From the IMG/VR virus record IMGVR_UViG_3300014613_000001, positions 113,774 through 177,773 of that record: DNA of 64,000 bases, one strand, 5' to 3'. The first letter of the stretch is position 1, and each line of letters opens with the position of its first letter. The DNA is from a virus. Positions 19,451 through 28,915 of the stretch are shown one piece after another. The notes below the pieces were generated by a model. That model was not told the DNA's origin. It did not search any database and was given only the letters and a program-made list of their open reading frames with translations. A program made the position numbers and the translations under genes.

Positions 19451-19817
19451 CGCCTTGTTCAACGCGAGCCAGGAGTTGCTGCGGCTCTATGTTGATCTCG
19501 CGGACAAGGATGTTCGTGGGGCACATTGGATCGAGCTCATGGCGCTGCTCTACGAGTGCGCGGCCGACGTGGTTGAGACCGGGGGGCGCGGCACCGGACC
19601 GGAGCTCACCCTGACTCAGGCAAAGATCGTTGCCGACGCGCACCTCGTTGTGCTTCGTGCGTGGCTGACTGCCGAGTCTCTTATTGGTGTACACAAGCTC
19701 GAACGGTACTCGAGGTTGTTCCACGCTACGCTGACGATCATTCCGACGGTAGATGAGATCCGTCCCCTCATACCGGCTTGGGCTTGGCAGGAGAACCTAC
19801 CGCTGAAAGGAAAGTAA
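19374..19817 (+). CDS. Hypothetical helical protein
   Basis: 147-aa ORF, purine-rich upstream sequence. Confidence 0.55.
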   Translation: MGKKNPVTPETSSPIVPEEMQKWIADALFNASQELLRLYVDLADKDVRGAHWIELMALLYECAADVVETGGRGTGPELTLTQAKIVADAHLVVLRAWLTAESLIGVHKLERYSRLFHATLTIIPTVDEIRPLIPAWAWQENLPLKGK

Positions 19818-19819
19818 CC

Positions 19820-20053
19820 ATGTCGGAAGGGTCTAAGCAGATCATTCTCAATTGGCTTCGAGCTCATCCAGGGTGGCACTCACCACACGAGGTCGGGATG
19901 AAGGCACTAAGGGCAGCAAGCCTGGGATCGGGGTTCAAGATGGCTGCTGGGCCGCTCAAGAAGCTCCTCATGGTACGACTCGTCGAGGTCCGGTACGAGG
20001 GACTGAAGATGTATAGAGCAACCCCCGCGGATCAGGCTCCTCATGGAGATTGA
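19820..20053 (+). CDS. Small winged-helix-like protein
   Basis: IILNWLRAHPGW.SPHEVG...LKKLLMVRLVEV. Confidence 0.5.
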   Translation: MSEGSKQIILNWLRAHPGWHSPHEVGMKALRAASLGSGFKMAAGPLKKLLMVRLVEVRYEGLKMYRATPADQAPHGD

Positions 20054-20786
20054 AAACGTAAAGGATCGTGATCTTGGGCCACTCTGCATGCAATGTGGTC
20101 TGTGCTGTCTGATGCTCAGTGCGGAAATCACCGAGGAGGAAACAGAGGTCATGTGCAGAGAGCAGCACATGGCGAGAGATCAATTCGTAGAGATCGAGAG
20201 CGTGGGCCCGCACAAGGACGGTCTCGTGCTCAAGATGCCGTGCACCTTTCTATTCGGACGGCCCACCTCCTATGTTCGCTGCACGGCGTACACTGCCTTC
20301 CGCCCCAAGGTCTGCCGGGTCTACCGCTGTCGGATCGCGGTGCAGTACCAGATAGGTGAGATCGAATGTGAGGAAGGTCTCAGGCTACTGCGTCGTGCGT
20401 TCACGACCGGCGACGCCAGCGTCTTCAACTGGGGCGCGGACAGGGCGTCGGACACGGCGCTCATAACTGCATCCATCATCCCGAAGCTGAGAGATCGAGC
20501 CAAAGAGCTCCATGAGCAGACAGGCGGAAAGACCGGGCTCTCGCAAGAGCAGCTCGAGACTCTGTTGATCGCTGAAGCAGCAACACCCACCTATGAGTTC
20601 AGCTCGGACATCACTCGCCTGTACTTCCAGATGCTCATGAATGTCTTCGACCGAGGGGATGTTGATCTCGAGGATGTCATCCCCCGAGCGATTGTCGAGC
20701 TGTACACAGTGGAGGAGCAGCTCTTTGCTCATGAGATTGTCGACACCGTACTATTCTACATCCGATCACATTTTCGTCTGCAGTAG
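20043..20786 (+). CDS. YkgJ-like Cys-cluster (Zn/Fe-S) protein
   Basis: CMQCGLCC...CTFL...C.AY..RPKVCRVYRC. Confidence 0.7.
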   Translation: MEIENVKDRDLGPLCMQCGLCCLMLSAEITEEETEVMCREQHMARDQFVEIESVGPHKDGLVLKMPCTFLFGRPTSYVRCTAYTAFRPKVCRVYRCRIAVQYQIGEIECEEGLRLLRRAFTTGDASVFNWGADRASDTALITASIIPKLRDRAKELHEQTGGKTGLSQEQLETLLIAEAATPTYEFSSDITRLYFQMLMNVFDRGDVDLEDVIPRAIVELYTVEEQLFAHEIVDTVLFYIRSHFRLQ

Positions 20787-20801
20787 CTGTCAGTTCTGGG
20801 C

Positions 20802-20830
20802 CGCAAAAACGTCTCTAAGTTAGTGATAAG
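20802..20830 (+). promoter_or_regulatory. Putative promoter
   Basis: CGCAAA-17 nt-GATAAG, same spacing as 17256 and 21819. Confidence 0.4.
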
Positions 20831-20883
20831 AATGATGAATGGATACAGTTCTAACGATCTGTATTCATCGAAAGGAGGCGCTT

Positions 20884-21762
20884 ATGATCATTGTGATCAG
20901 CAGCAACCCAAATTCCTTGGCGGAATACCTAGAAACGATCGATGGTGAAACCGGCACCATCGAGGCCGAATACGGGGACATCATGGTCCGCGGTTCGGCT
21001 TTTTCCCTGGGCCACCACGGCCCCCGGTCGGCCAACCAGCCCCCCTGTCTCGTGACTCCGTGGTCACTTCCAGTCGTGGAGTGCATCGGGCTCTCCCACG
21101 TGGATCTCGACGCTCTCATGGGCGTCGGGATCGCGATGGGACGATCCTACCCAGTGGGGTTCGCCCAGCTGGTGGGATTCGTGGACTGCTCAGGGGCGCA
21201 TCGCGCCCCGGAGCACCCGGAATGGGCGCGATGGGCCCCGGAGCTCCAGGCCTTCTGGGCCTGGAATGACGGGCACAGGGTGTACCCGCCGTCGGATGGC
21301 GGGGTCGCGGAGATTGCGGAGAGCGTAGAGCTAGCGCTCACCGCGCTGGACATCTGCCTTGTGGGAGATCCCGAACTTCTCGAGGCGGGCCGCGTCTGGG
21401 CCGCGGAGATTGCGGAGCTGAACAGGGCATCGTTCGTCCGGGCCTCGGGGCCTGGAGGTGTGTTGCTCCGGGTGGCGGACAGGTGGGTCAACCACCTGTA
21501 CCGCGGACCTGGCCCAGAGGGGGAGACTTACGAAGCTCTCGTCGGCTTGAACACGGCGAGAAATTCGATCACGGTCTCTTTCGCCTACCCGGAGAACTTC
21601 ACGGCCCCAGAGTTCAAAAACTGCCCAGCCCAGGCAGTCGTGCAAGCCCTCTGGGGCCCTGAGGCCGGAGGCGGCCCCGGCGCTGCCGGCTCCCCCAGAA
21701 ACCGCGTGATGACGATCGAAGATGCTGAGCTCGCGTATAACGAGCTCAAGCGCTACTTCTAG
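20884..21762 (+). CDS. Hypothetical protein with DHH-phosphoesterase-like SHxDxD motif
   Basis: GLSHVDLDALMG; GC-richer than neighbours; ends in AGGCC-TTCG-GGCCT hairpin (21761-21774). Confidence 0.6.
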   Translation: MIIVISSNPNSLAEYLETIDGETGTIEAEYGDIMVRGSAFSLGHHGPRSANQPPCLVTPWSLPVVECIGLSHVDLDALMGVGIAMGRSYPVGFAQLVGFVDCSGAHRAPEHPEWARWAPELQAFWAWNDGHRVYPPSDGGVAEIAESVELALTALDICLVGDPELLEAGRVWAAEIAELNRASFVRASGPGGVLLRVADRWVNHLYRGPGPEGETYEALVGLNTARNSITVSFAYPENFTAPEFKNCPAQAVVQALWGPEAGGGPGAAGSPRNRVMTIEDAELAYNELKRYF

Positions 21763-21818
21763 GCCTTCGGGCCTCCCACCTTTGCCGCGCTTCTGCGGCA
21801 TTCTCTTAGCTGGTCATC

Positions 21819-21847
21819 TGCAAGAAACACTCTTCTCGTGGCATAAG
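21819..21847 (+). promoter_or_regulatory. Putative promoter upstream of hairpin repeat A
   Basis: TGCAAG-17 nt-CATAAG. Confidence 0.4.
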
Positions 21848-21877
21848 GTCACTGGTAGGTGTACCGGTTTTGGCTAC

Positions 21878-21908
21878 TTACCTGCCGGAAGATTTAGTGA
21901 TCCCGGGT
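21878..21908 (+). repeat. 31-nt hairpin repeat, copy A (divergent)
   Basis: TTACCTG CCGGAA GATTTAGTGA TCCCGG GT. Confidence 0.7.
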
Positions 21909-21930
21909 ACTATACATGAGAGGAGTAGAG

Positions 21931-22455
21931 ATGAGACTGATTGCTGGAGTTGCCCAATCGCGTGACGGAAAATTCGCAACGATCCTGGTGATGGACGGGG
22001 ATCCGTTCTTCATCGGGCAAAGTGAGTCGAGGGAGAACGCGATCAACCGTGCCGATAAAATGAACGCTACGCTGGTCAAACTCGCAGACCTGGACGGGTT
22101 CAGTCCGAGTATAGACGCAAAGATGGAGAACCTTGCGCATCACACGGCCACAGTGCGACGGGCAGTAGGGCGTGGCGCGCTGCATACGTTCACCACTATG
22201 GTAGCTGCGGTAGGACGGATTGGAATGTGTGCCACGGGTGATGTGAAAGATGAGGATCATCATGGACTCTTCGATGCGTTTCTGCTGCTCACACTTGAAT
22301 CCCGGATCCTGCTACACCAACTGGGGTTTGATCATCGCCGGGTGATCGAACAAGGCCTAAGAGCTCTGGATAAGGTGCTACCCCTGATGGTGGCCGAGTC
22401 GGGAGTACCTGATCCTGGTAGTGATCCTGATAGTGATCCTGATAGTTTGAACTAA
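21931..22455 (+). CDS. Hypothetical protein
   Basis: AGGAG RBS; 12-bp tandem repeat at the 3' end (SDPD). Confidence 0.6.
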   Translation: MRLIAGVAQSRDGKFATILVMDGDPFFIGQSESRENAINRADKMNATLVKLADLDGFSPSIDAKMENLAHHTATVRRAVGRGALHTFTTMVAAVGRIGMCATGDVKDEDHHGLFDAFLLLTLESRILLHQLGFDHRRVIEQGLRALDKVLPLMVAESGVPDPGSDPDSDPDSLN

Positions 22456-22487
22456 GATCACGAGACGGGCTCTGAATGTATACAATA

Positions 22488-22556
22488 ACATCGAAAAGTA
22501 TAATAGAACGTTACTCATTTAGTATATGGGTAACGTTCTATTATACTTTTCGATGT
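22488..22556. repeat. AT-rich 27-bp perfect inverted repeat
   Basis: ACATCGAAAAGTATAATAGAACGTTAC (22488-22514) / exact reverse complement (22530-22556). Confidence 0.95.
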
Positions 22557-22573
22557 AATAGGAGGAGTAATCC

Positions 22574-23068
22574 GTGGAGGAGGAAGGGAAGATCAGTGAT
22601 CTTGCACAGGATCAATATAAAAATGAGATCAATTACTGGATAGGTGGGGCATTTTCGCTATCCGGAAGTTTCTTCATCGGACACGCAGGGCTCACCCCAT
22701 CCAGGAGGGTCAGATACAAAACAGCCGCACACATCATCACGTACACGAACAGGAGCAGCGCTCTGCTGCTGCTCCAGTATCACGTCGGAGGGAAAATCAG
22801 GCCCTACCGCGGGAGCCTGGCCAGATCACTATGGACGACGACGACTCAGAGGGAGCTCGAGAATCTATGTGAGATACTCGATCGTGTTCCTCTTCCAGTA
22901 CATCTGGAAAACCAATTGCGGATCATGAACAAATTCTTGGCCACGAGGCTTCCAGCTGGGAGGAAAGCCGAAGATCAGAAAGAACGTCTGGATCACATAT
23001 TCTGCGTTCAGGAGGAATTATGCCGTCAACTTCAACTGCTGAAGACGGAAGCACGACAGGGCATGTGA
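22574..23068 (+). CDS. Degenerate LAGLIDADG-like homing endonuclease/DNA-binding protein
   Basis: YWIGGAFSLSGSF aligns to the LAGLIDADG helix but has no acidic catalytic residue; LLLLQYHVGGKI and WT motifs follow. Confidence 0.5.
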   Translation: MEEEGKISDLAQDQYKNEINYWIGGAFSLSGSFFIGHAGLTPSRRVRYKTAAHIITYTNRSSALLLLQYHVGGKIRPYRGSLARSLWTTTTQRELENLCEILDRVPLPVHLENQLRIMNKFLATRLPAGRKAEDQKERLDHIFCVQEELCRQLQLLKTEARQGM

Positions 23069-23274
23069 GCACGGAACTCGTCCACCTTCTGGAAGCAGGG
23101 GGTGTCGAGGTAGAAGACATGGACGATCTCGTCCATGATCTTGCGAGTCAGATTGCAACAGCCGTGAATAACGGTGGTCTGAGCAGTCAAGTGGACTTCG
23201 TGTTGGAACAGCTCGGGGTGGCGGAGGGGCGCAGCGAGCTGATGACGATCGTGAAAGCGAAGAAGGACAAATAA
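23065..23274 (+). CDS. Hypothetical protein
   Basis: GTG coupled to previous stop; SQVDFVLEQLG. Confidence 0.55.
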   Translation: MSTELVHLLEAGGVEVEDMDDLVHDLASQIATAVNNGGLSSQVDFVLEQLGVAEGRSELMTIVKAKKDK

Positions 23275-23957
23275 TGGATTATGAATTGACTGAGAAAGGC
23301 TTCGTCCAAGAGCTCAAGGAGCTCACCGCCCCAGTGGTGCTCTCTTGTCAGTCGATAGCACCCTACTCGGGCTGCTGGGAGGAGCCAAACCACTGGCTAC
23401 TCAAAGATGGCCAGCTCTACCCACTGTACGTCAGCGGGGTGTTGTATGCCGTTCTGGGCTATGAGGGGCTAGCGGCACACGATGTCATCATGAAGGCGAC
23501 TCCACTCCAAGAGTTCATTGAGCAGGCGCTCGCACACCAGTCGAGGTACAGCGAGTGGCGGTGGGCCGGCACGGGTGAGGTTGATCTCGGAGAGAACTAC
23601 CACAACATAGTGACAGTGATCTTGGATCGGCACAATGTACCCACACCAAAATGGGTATGCGATACATGTGGTGACACCTACCAGGGTGTCGCTCATTTTC
23701 TCGGCTATAGGGGAAATGGTGGAATCGGTATCTTTCTCCGTGATTACTGCTGTGGGGATTGCCTGGGCTCTTCTGAGTATTGTAGTGTGTGTGATCATAA
23801 GACCGAAGCTGGGTGGTGTGAGCATTGTGAGGACGATGTTCGGACCTACGGGTCCGAGGATCAGGCCCCGCGGTTCGGGCTGGATGGGTCACAATTCCTG
23901 GGGCCAGGAGAAAGCCAAGGCCCGCCTCCAGTGATCGTGATCGCGGTGAGGGAGTAG
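23274..23957 (+). CDS. Cys-rich hypothetical protein
   Basis: Several CxxC pairs; coupled start. Confidence 0.6.
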   Translation: MDYELTEKGFVQELKELTAPVVLSCQSIAPYSGCWEEPNHWLLKDGQLYPLYVSGVLYAVLGYEGLAAHDVIMKATPLQEFIEQALAHQSRYSEWRWAGTGEVDLGENYHNIVTVILDRHNVPTPKWVCDTCGDTYQGVAHFLGYRGNGGIGIFLRDYCCGDCLGSSEYCSVCDHKTEAGWCEHCEDDVRTYGSEDQAPRFGLDGSQFLGPGESQGPPPVIVIAVRE

Positions 23958-23959
23958 GG

Positions 23960-24583
23960 ATGAATGCAAAGCTGGGCAAAAGGCTGCCTTTTGATTTGAC
24001 GGTGTTCGTTGAAACACGTCCGTACTTGCGAGATGAAGGGCTCGATTCGGAGAGGTTCCTCGGCCGAGATGTGCTGGATAAGATGTTCGATCTGATGGAG
24101 GAGTTTGACAATACGTCAGTAGTCCTCTCCTTTCCTGAGCGCTGGCTCAACATACTCGAGCAACAAGCCCTGATCAAACGTCTGGTGCAGTATGGGAAAA
24201 GGTTACAGCGCGTACAGATCCTGACCCACTCCACCTACATTCTTCAGAATTGCCCCAATGAATCTGTGCGCGGGTTTGTACAGGAGTGGGTGATCTGCGG
24301 TGATGATCGTGGGAAGTTGTACGCCCCGCCGCACTGTCGTTTTCTTCACCACAACAAGTTGAATGTGCTCGGAGGGAGCGTGTCTGGAGTTGGGGCTTCT
24401 GATGCGCCGGTTATCAATGACACGAGCCGCGTGTATCGTAAGGCCGCAGAAGAGATGCTAAAGACGATATGCGCTCGCAGTGATTTCGATATAGATCAAG
24501 ACGCCAAGGTATCCGAGAGCGACGATGGGGCATACGTTCAAGTGTGGGTCTGGATACCGAAAGAGGATGTGGAGGAGGAATAG
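23960..24583 (+). CDS. Hypothetical protein resembling the C-terminal half of an AAA_21/OLD-type ATPase
   Basis: FPERWLNILEQQALI...QILTHSTYILQ; no Walker A. Confidence 0.5.
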   Translation: MNAKLGKRLPFDLTVFVETRPYLRDEGLDSERFLGRDVLDKMFDLMEEFDNTSVVLSFPERWLNILEQQALIKRLVQYGKRLQRVQILTHSTYILQNCPNESVRGFVQEWVICGDDRGKLYAPPHCRFLHHNKLNVLGGSVSGVGASDAPVINDTSRVYRKAAEEMLKTICARSDFDIDQDAKVSESDDGAYVQVWVWIPKEDVEEE

Positions 24584-24584
24584 G

Positions 24585-25055
24585 ATGGGAAGAGAGCTGA
24601 GGCAGTGTGTGTTGTGTTCTAGTGTCAGGAAGGACAGGGACGAGATCACGAGCCAGGAGGACGCGACGCTGAATCATTGCTTCGCCGCGGGTCGTCGTCC
24701 AGCGTACCAACCGTACGCGGGAAACTCGCGAAAGATCAAAGTGACATGTCGGCACTTCGCGCACCTGCGCGTGGTGTCGACGACCCCGGGCAAGAAGATT
24801 GGCGTTCGTAAGCAGAGTGATGTGGGGTATCTCCGAGAAGAGGAAATGATGTGGATGACTGATTACATTCGAGAAATTCAAAGACAGCTGGTCGAGGTCT
24901 TCAACTTCGAAGCTCGCACCGATGTTCCCGAAGGCATGGTGATCCCGATCGCGGCACCGGATGGAACCTATGACATGACCATCGAAGGACGTGTGGATCA
25001 TGTGGTCATCGCAGACGGGAAGATCAATTGTGGCAACTTCGATGAGGAGAAGTGA
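24585..25055 (+). CDS. Hypothetical protein (possible two-gene fusion)
   Basis: Internal RBS-like GAGGAAATGATG. Confidence 0.45.
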   Translation: MGRELRQCVLCSSVRKDRDEITSQEDATLNHCFAAGRRPAYQPYAGNSRKIKVTCRHFAHLRVVSTTPGKKIGVRKQSDVGYLREEEMMWMTDYIREIQRQLVEVFNFEARTDVPEGMVIPIAAPDGTYDMTIEGRVDHVVIADGKINCGNFDEEK

Positions 25056-25546
25056 TGGCTGATTACTTTACGCAGTACAGTGTGCAGGTCGAGGCCCGGA
25101 GTGTGGAGGAGTTCGCGTGGTTCACGGCGCGTTGCGAGGAGATGTTCGGAGCTGCACCGGAAGAATGGTCTGAGACCGCACCATGGGCGGCCGACCTCGC
25201 TCGGGAGATTCTCGGTCTTGACCCGGAAGACCTCTGCGGAAATCCAGAATACAAGATGGAGGAGCCCCGGGAGTTGTATAAGTTTGGGTCGGTGTGGTTC
25301 CACGAAGATACGTCTGGATCCCCGATCATCGTGGCGTTGTTGATGGTGTACTACCTTCGAACCTTTCATCCGAAGGGGTGCTTCTCGATCATCTGGGCAG
25401 ACACATGCTCGAAGCCGCGGCTCGATGGCTTCGGTGGCGGAGCACACTTCGTCACCGCTGACGGAATCCAATCAATGAGCGTGTATGACTGGGTTGCGGA
25501 TCTCGAGAGAGAGCATAAGAGGAAGAGGTCAAATGAGCTTACCTAG
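25052..25546 (+). CDS. Hypothetical phage protein
   Basis: 164 aa; F.I.WADTCSKPR.D.FGGGA motif. Confidence 0.65.
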   Translation: MMADYFTQYSVQVEARSVEEFAWFTARCEEMFGAAPEEWSETAPWAADLAREILGLDPEDLCGNPEYKMEEPRELYKFGSVWFHEDTSGSPIIVALLMVYYLRTFHPKGCFSIIWADTCSKPRLDGFGGGAHFVTADGIQSMSVYDWVADLEREHKRKRSNELT

Positions 25547-25577
25547 TGCTAAGGATCAACATGAGAGAGGAGTAAAG

Positions 25578-25796
25578 ATGAAAATCCGTGCTGAGGACCA
25601 CGACATTATCCTTTCGGATGTGTTCAATGGCATCGGAATCGAGACTGATCAAGGGCGATTTGGCATCGCCCAACGAGACATGGGCATCGAGGTGATGCTC
25701 GACGGGAAATTGGTTTGGTCTTCGACGGAGCTCACCAAGGACCGGCCCGAGCGGGGTCAAGCAGAACAGTCTGCTGCGTGTGGGAGTGAGAAATGA
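25578..25796 (+). CDS. Hypothetical protein
   Basis: GAGGAG RBS before ATG 25578. Confidence 0.55.
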   Translation: MKIRAEDHDIILSDVFNGIGIETDQGRFGIAQRDMGIEVMLDGKLVWSSTELTKDRPERGQAEQSAACGSEK

Positions 25797-27607
25797 CGAA
25801 AGACGTTGATGGAATCGACACGAAAGTCGAGTCCATGTTGCTCAAGCTCATGACCCGGTCTCTGGTGACCGTGGTCCTCGAGACCGTGCATGACTACATG
25901 GCGACACATGCTGAGGGAACGATCAGGTTTATCGTGAAGAGGGTGACCCGTGAGCTGGGCATGGCTGATCGTTCATCCGAGGTCTTCTTCGATGCCAGTC
26001 GATGGTTTACGAGGCAGCAGATTGAGCAAGCGGCGCTGGAGCTCATGGCCAAGGAGGAAGACTCCTACGCGGCGCGGAGATGCGCTGAGACGTTCATTCG
26101 AAACGTCCACCCAACTGCCTCTACGAACGAGATAGAGGCCATCGTGAGGGCGCTGTATGACAGCGGTCGCGCCAACCCCTGCCAGCACTGTAACAGGGTG
26201 CCGGCGGACGGTGTGCTACACGGAGAGGGTCTCTGTGAGCGTTGTTGGAAGGCGGCTTTGGCGCCTGAGCCGACGTCGCCTATGTCGGTACTCGGCCCGC
26301 CGACATTCATGTCGGTTGACTGGGGAATACCGGAGGGTGACAAGAGTGTGGTGCTGCAAGGAGAGATGGTGCAGAAACAGGATGAGCCGGGGGTGGGAGA
26401 GTTCCCGGAGATGGTCTTCGTACTTACTGGCACATCTCAGGCTGAGGAGAGGGCGCTGAAGGAGCTGACGGAAGAGCCGGAGGAGCCGGAGTCTGATCTC
26501 AAACCGGAGCCGATGGTGCGTCCGCGCCAAACGGAATTTCACAAGTTGCTGAGCATGGCGGAGGAGCTGAGGGCGGTGGCGATGAGCATCCGCATCCCCA
26601 AGCCAACAAAGGCTGTTAGGGCTTTGAGCACGGAGCTGCAGTTGGCCGAGCGGGATGAGGCTGAACGTCTGACAATGGTCCGACGATTTGAAGCCCACAA
26701 GCCGCTCATCGACGTCGTACAGCAGCTGCCGAAAACGGAGCTCCTGGACCTCGCCGTAGCGGCGCTCGATCATCGAAAGGATTGGCCGTTGGACAAAAAC
26801 GGCCTTGCCCGCGGCAACCGGTGGACTGAGATCGTGATTAGCGAAAAGTACACGGAGGCAGCGCTGGTTCACACGATCGTCTCGGCGCTGTCATCCAAGG
26901 AATACACCAACCACATGTTCAACAGCATCTGGCCGGTTGACTTCTGGTCGAGTCCTGATCAGATCAGAGCAGAAGTCAATCACATGTTGCGGTTGAAGCG
27001 CTGTTTCGCTCCACGGTCGTTGAAGTACGACGTGTACTTCAGGACCCTGGGTGAGATCGGGTGGCGCCCCTACTCTTGGTCGGTGACTACTAGCGAAATG
27101 ATTCAATCCGGGGAGCTTGTTCCTGTACATGTGGATCCGAACGCGAGCGCTAAAACCAAGAAACCTATGAAGGCGATTCTTGGTCTCTTTCGCGGTCCAA
27201 ACGTGCTTGTGAATGATCCCCGGCGCCAGAGGCAGTACGGGAGCATACTGAGCGTGCGCGGCAGCAGCATGAACATGTTCCATCGGACACTGGCCAAGGG
27301 TACGGTGCGATATGGCGAGGCTGCCGTACTGGAGCTCACTGGTATGATGTTTTCGCAGCTCCTGGAGTGTCTCGGTGAGTCGGAGATGCTGGCTCCGGCA
27401 ACAGAGGTACGCACATTCGAGATCGCGGACGGCATCGCGCGCTTTATCGAGGAGCAGCACAGGAAAGAGGACGGCTGGTGTCGGATCCATGGTTTCCCTG
27501 TGCAGCACGATAACGAGGTATGGACGTTCATCCAAAAGGATTGGTTGTTTCGTTGCGTACTTCGATCCGTTTACAGGGTTTCTGGAGTTAGCCCGCAACT
27601 GTGGTGA
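25793..27607 (+). CDS. Large mosaic hypothetical protein
   Basis: 604 aa; central CxxC...CxxC finger; acidic linker. Confidence 0.7.
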   Translation: MTKDVDGIDTKVESMLLKLMTRSLVTVVLETVHDYMATHAEGTIRFIVKRVTRELGMADRSSEVFFDASRWFTRQQIEQAALELMAKEEDSYAARRCAETFIRNVHPTASTNEIEAIVRALYDSGRANPCQHCNRVPADGVLHGEGLCERCWKAALAPEPTSPMSVLGPPTFMSVDWGIPEGDKSVVLQGEMVQKQDEPGVGEFPEMVFVLTGTSQAEERALKELTEEPEEPESDLKPEPMVRPRQTEFHKLLSMAEELRAVAMSIRIPKPTKAVRALSTELQLAERDEAERLTMVRRFEAHKPLIDVVQQLPKTELLDLAVAALDHRKDWPLDKNGLARGNRWTEIVISEKYTEAALVHTIVSALSSKEYTNHMFNSIWPVDFWSSPDQIRAEVNHMLRLKRCFAPRSLKYDVYFRTLGEIGWRPYSWSVTTSEMIQSGELVPVHVDPNASAKTKKPMKAILGLFRGPNVLVNDPRRQRQYGSILSVRGSSMNMFHRTLAKGTVRYGEAAVLELTGMMFSQLLECLGESEMLAPATEVRTFEIADGIARFIEEQHRKEDGWCRIHGFPVQHDNEVWTFIQKDWLFRCVLRSVYRVSGVSPQLW

Positions 27608-27620
27608 AGGAGGTTGTCCA

Positions 27621-27941
27621 ATGAGCGTGAAGAACGAGGTGAAGCTGTGTGGGTATGTGGGCGAGTACGTTCGCTTACCGACGAGGAGGGGGGACCCCGC
27701 AAGGTTTGACATACTGACCCCTGACAAGGTCAAGACGACGGACGGTCAGGTAATAACGCTGCAGAATTGGCATACGATACAGACCGATGACATCGACTTC
27801 GTGAGGGATCATGCAGAGCCGAGAGCCGAGATCTTAGTCACGGGTCGTTTGGTGTGCCGCCAGACACAAGCTGGCAAAGAGGTGGAAATCGTGGCCAAGC
27901 GCCTCGAGATCATTCAAACAGCTGAAGAACGTCGCCGGTAA
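27621..27941 (+). CDS. ssb: Single-stranded DNA-binding protein (OB fold, no acidic tail)
   Basis: NEVKLCGYVG...NWH.I...ILVTGRL...EIVAKRLEII. Confidence 0.75.
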   Translation: MSVKNEVKLCGYVGEYVRLPTRRGDPARFDILTPDKVKTTDGQVITLQNWHTIQTDDIDFVRDHAEPRAEILVTGRLVCRQTQAGKEVEIVAKRLEIIQTAEERRR

Positions 27942-27954
27942 TCCAGCCAAATAT

Positions 27955-27982
27955 GGGGTGCCCGGCGTCATCCGGGCACCCC
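27955..27982. terminator. 11-bp GC hairpin, possibly bidirectional terminator
   Basis: GGGGTGCCCGG-CGTCAT-CCGGGCACCCC with A/T-rich flanks. Confidence 0.55.
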
Positions 27983-28009
27983 CGTCACTATTTGATCTCC
28001 AGGAGCACC

Positions 28010-28354
28010 ATGCAAGAGATTCTGATCATCGCATTCGGCTCAGTCGGATTCGATTCGACGATCATTGGACATATCAGAGACGGGATCGTTGACCATCTCA
28101 TGAATGTCGAAGGTTGGAGTAGCACGTACATTCTGGATCAGCTTGGCGTGGACACCTTTGAGCATGAGGGGAAGATCCTTATCTGGGAGGGTGAGGTAGC
28201 TTGGGAACGTGATCTAGGTTCCGAGTTCAACGGTGAGCTCCGGGAGCCGATGATGGACGAGTGGAACATGCTGATCGAGCACAGCCAGGTCGAAAATGAT
28301 CCGGATCTGCCCGATGATAATGACTTCGAGGATTCGGAGTATTACGGGAGCTGA
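28010..28354 (+). CDS. Acidic hypothetical protein
   Basis: AGGAG RBS. Confidence 0.6.
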   Translation: MQEILIIAFGSVGFDSTIIGHIRDGIVDHLMNVEGWSSTYILDQLGVDTFEHEGKILIWEGEVAWERDLGSEFNGELREPMMDEWNMLIEHSQVENDPDLPDDNDFEDSEYYGS

Positions 28355-28378
28355 TGAGAGGAGATGTGGCACTATGAG

Positions 28379-28409
28379 GTCTGAGATCAGTAAGCCTCTC
28401 AGCTGGCAT
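28379..28409 (-). repeat. 31-nt hairpin repeat, copy B
   Basis: Reverse strand ATGCCAG CTGAGA GGCTTACTGA TCTCAG AC. Confidence 0.9.
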
Positions 28410-28426
28410 TAGCAAATCCTGATCAG

Positions 28427-28461
28427 AGCTTATGCTCGTCAGGTACATTGTCAATAAAAAA
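28427..28461 (-). promoter_or_regulatory. Leftward sigma70-like promoter feeding repeat B
   Basis: Reverse strand T-tract, TTGACA (28454-28449), 16 nt, TAAGCT (28432-28427). Confidence 0.65.
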
Positions 28462-28477
28462 GGCAAGGAGCAGAAGG

Positions 28478-28915
28478 ATGAGTGAAAATTGGCGGGAGAA
28501 GATTGCAGAACTCGAGCTCAAGGTCAAAGAACTCGAGCTCCAGCTTTCTACCGAGAAGGACAACGCCGCGGTGGACGCACTCGACGCCATCGTCCAGCTC
28601 TGCGGCCAAGGTGGGTGGGAGTACCCCGGTCAGGTTGTGAGAGACGTCGCAGCGTTGGTGGAGGAGCGCGACACGGCGCGCAAACGTTCGCACCTGAGGC
28701 GCGGGCAGCTCGGCCAATACGTGATGGCAGGTGAGCTGTACCGCGCACTCTACACACACCTGTACGTAGTGTACAAAGAGTGCGGAACGATTGTGGAGAA
28801 AGGCTCCTCCGCCAACACGGGCGAATACGCAGTGGCTATCCAGGAGATCGTGGCGCTGGTCTTGCGTGCTCTCGAGCAGGAGTATGACCGCGACCGGTCA
28901 AATCGAGATCAGTAA
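28478..28915 (+). CDS. Coiled-coil hypothetical protein
   Basis: AAGGAG RBS; contains W.YPGQVVRDV motif. Confidence 0.65.
   Translation: MSENWREKIAELELKVKELELQLSTEKDNAAVDALDAIVQLCGQGGWEYPGQVVRDVAALVEERDTARKRSHLRRGQLGQYVMAGELYRALYTHLYVVYKECGTIVEKGSSANTGEYAVAIQEIVALVLRALEQEYDRDRSNRDQ

Noticed and set aside
28436-28442. CTGACGA on the - strand within promoter modules B and E as a hammerhead core
   Set aside because: No GAAA or stem III, and not conserved in module H.
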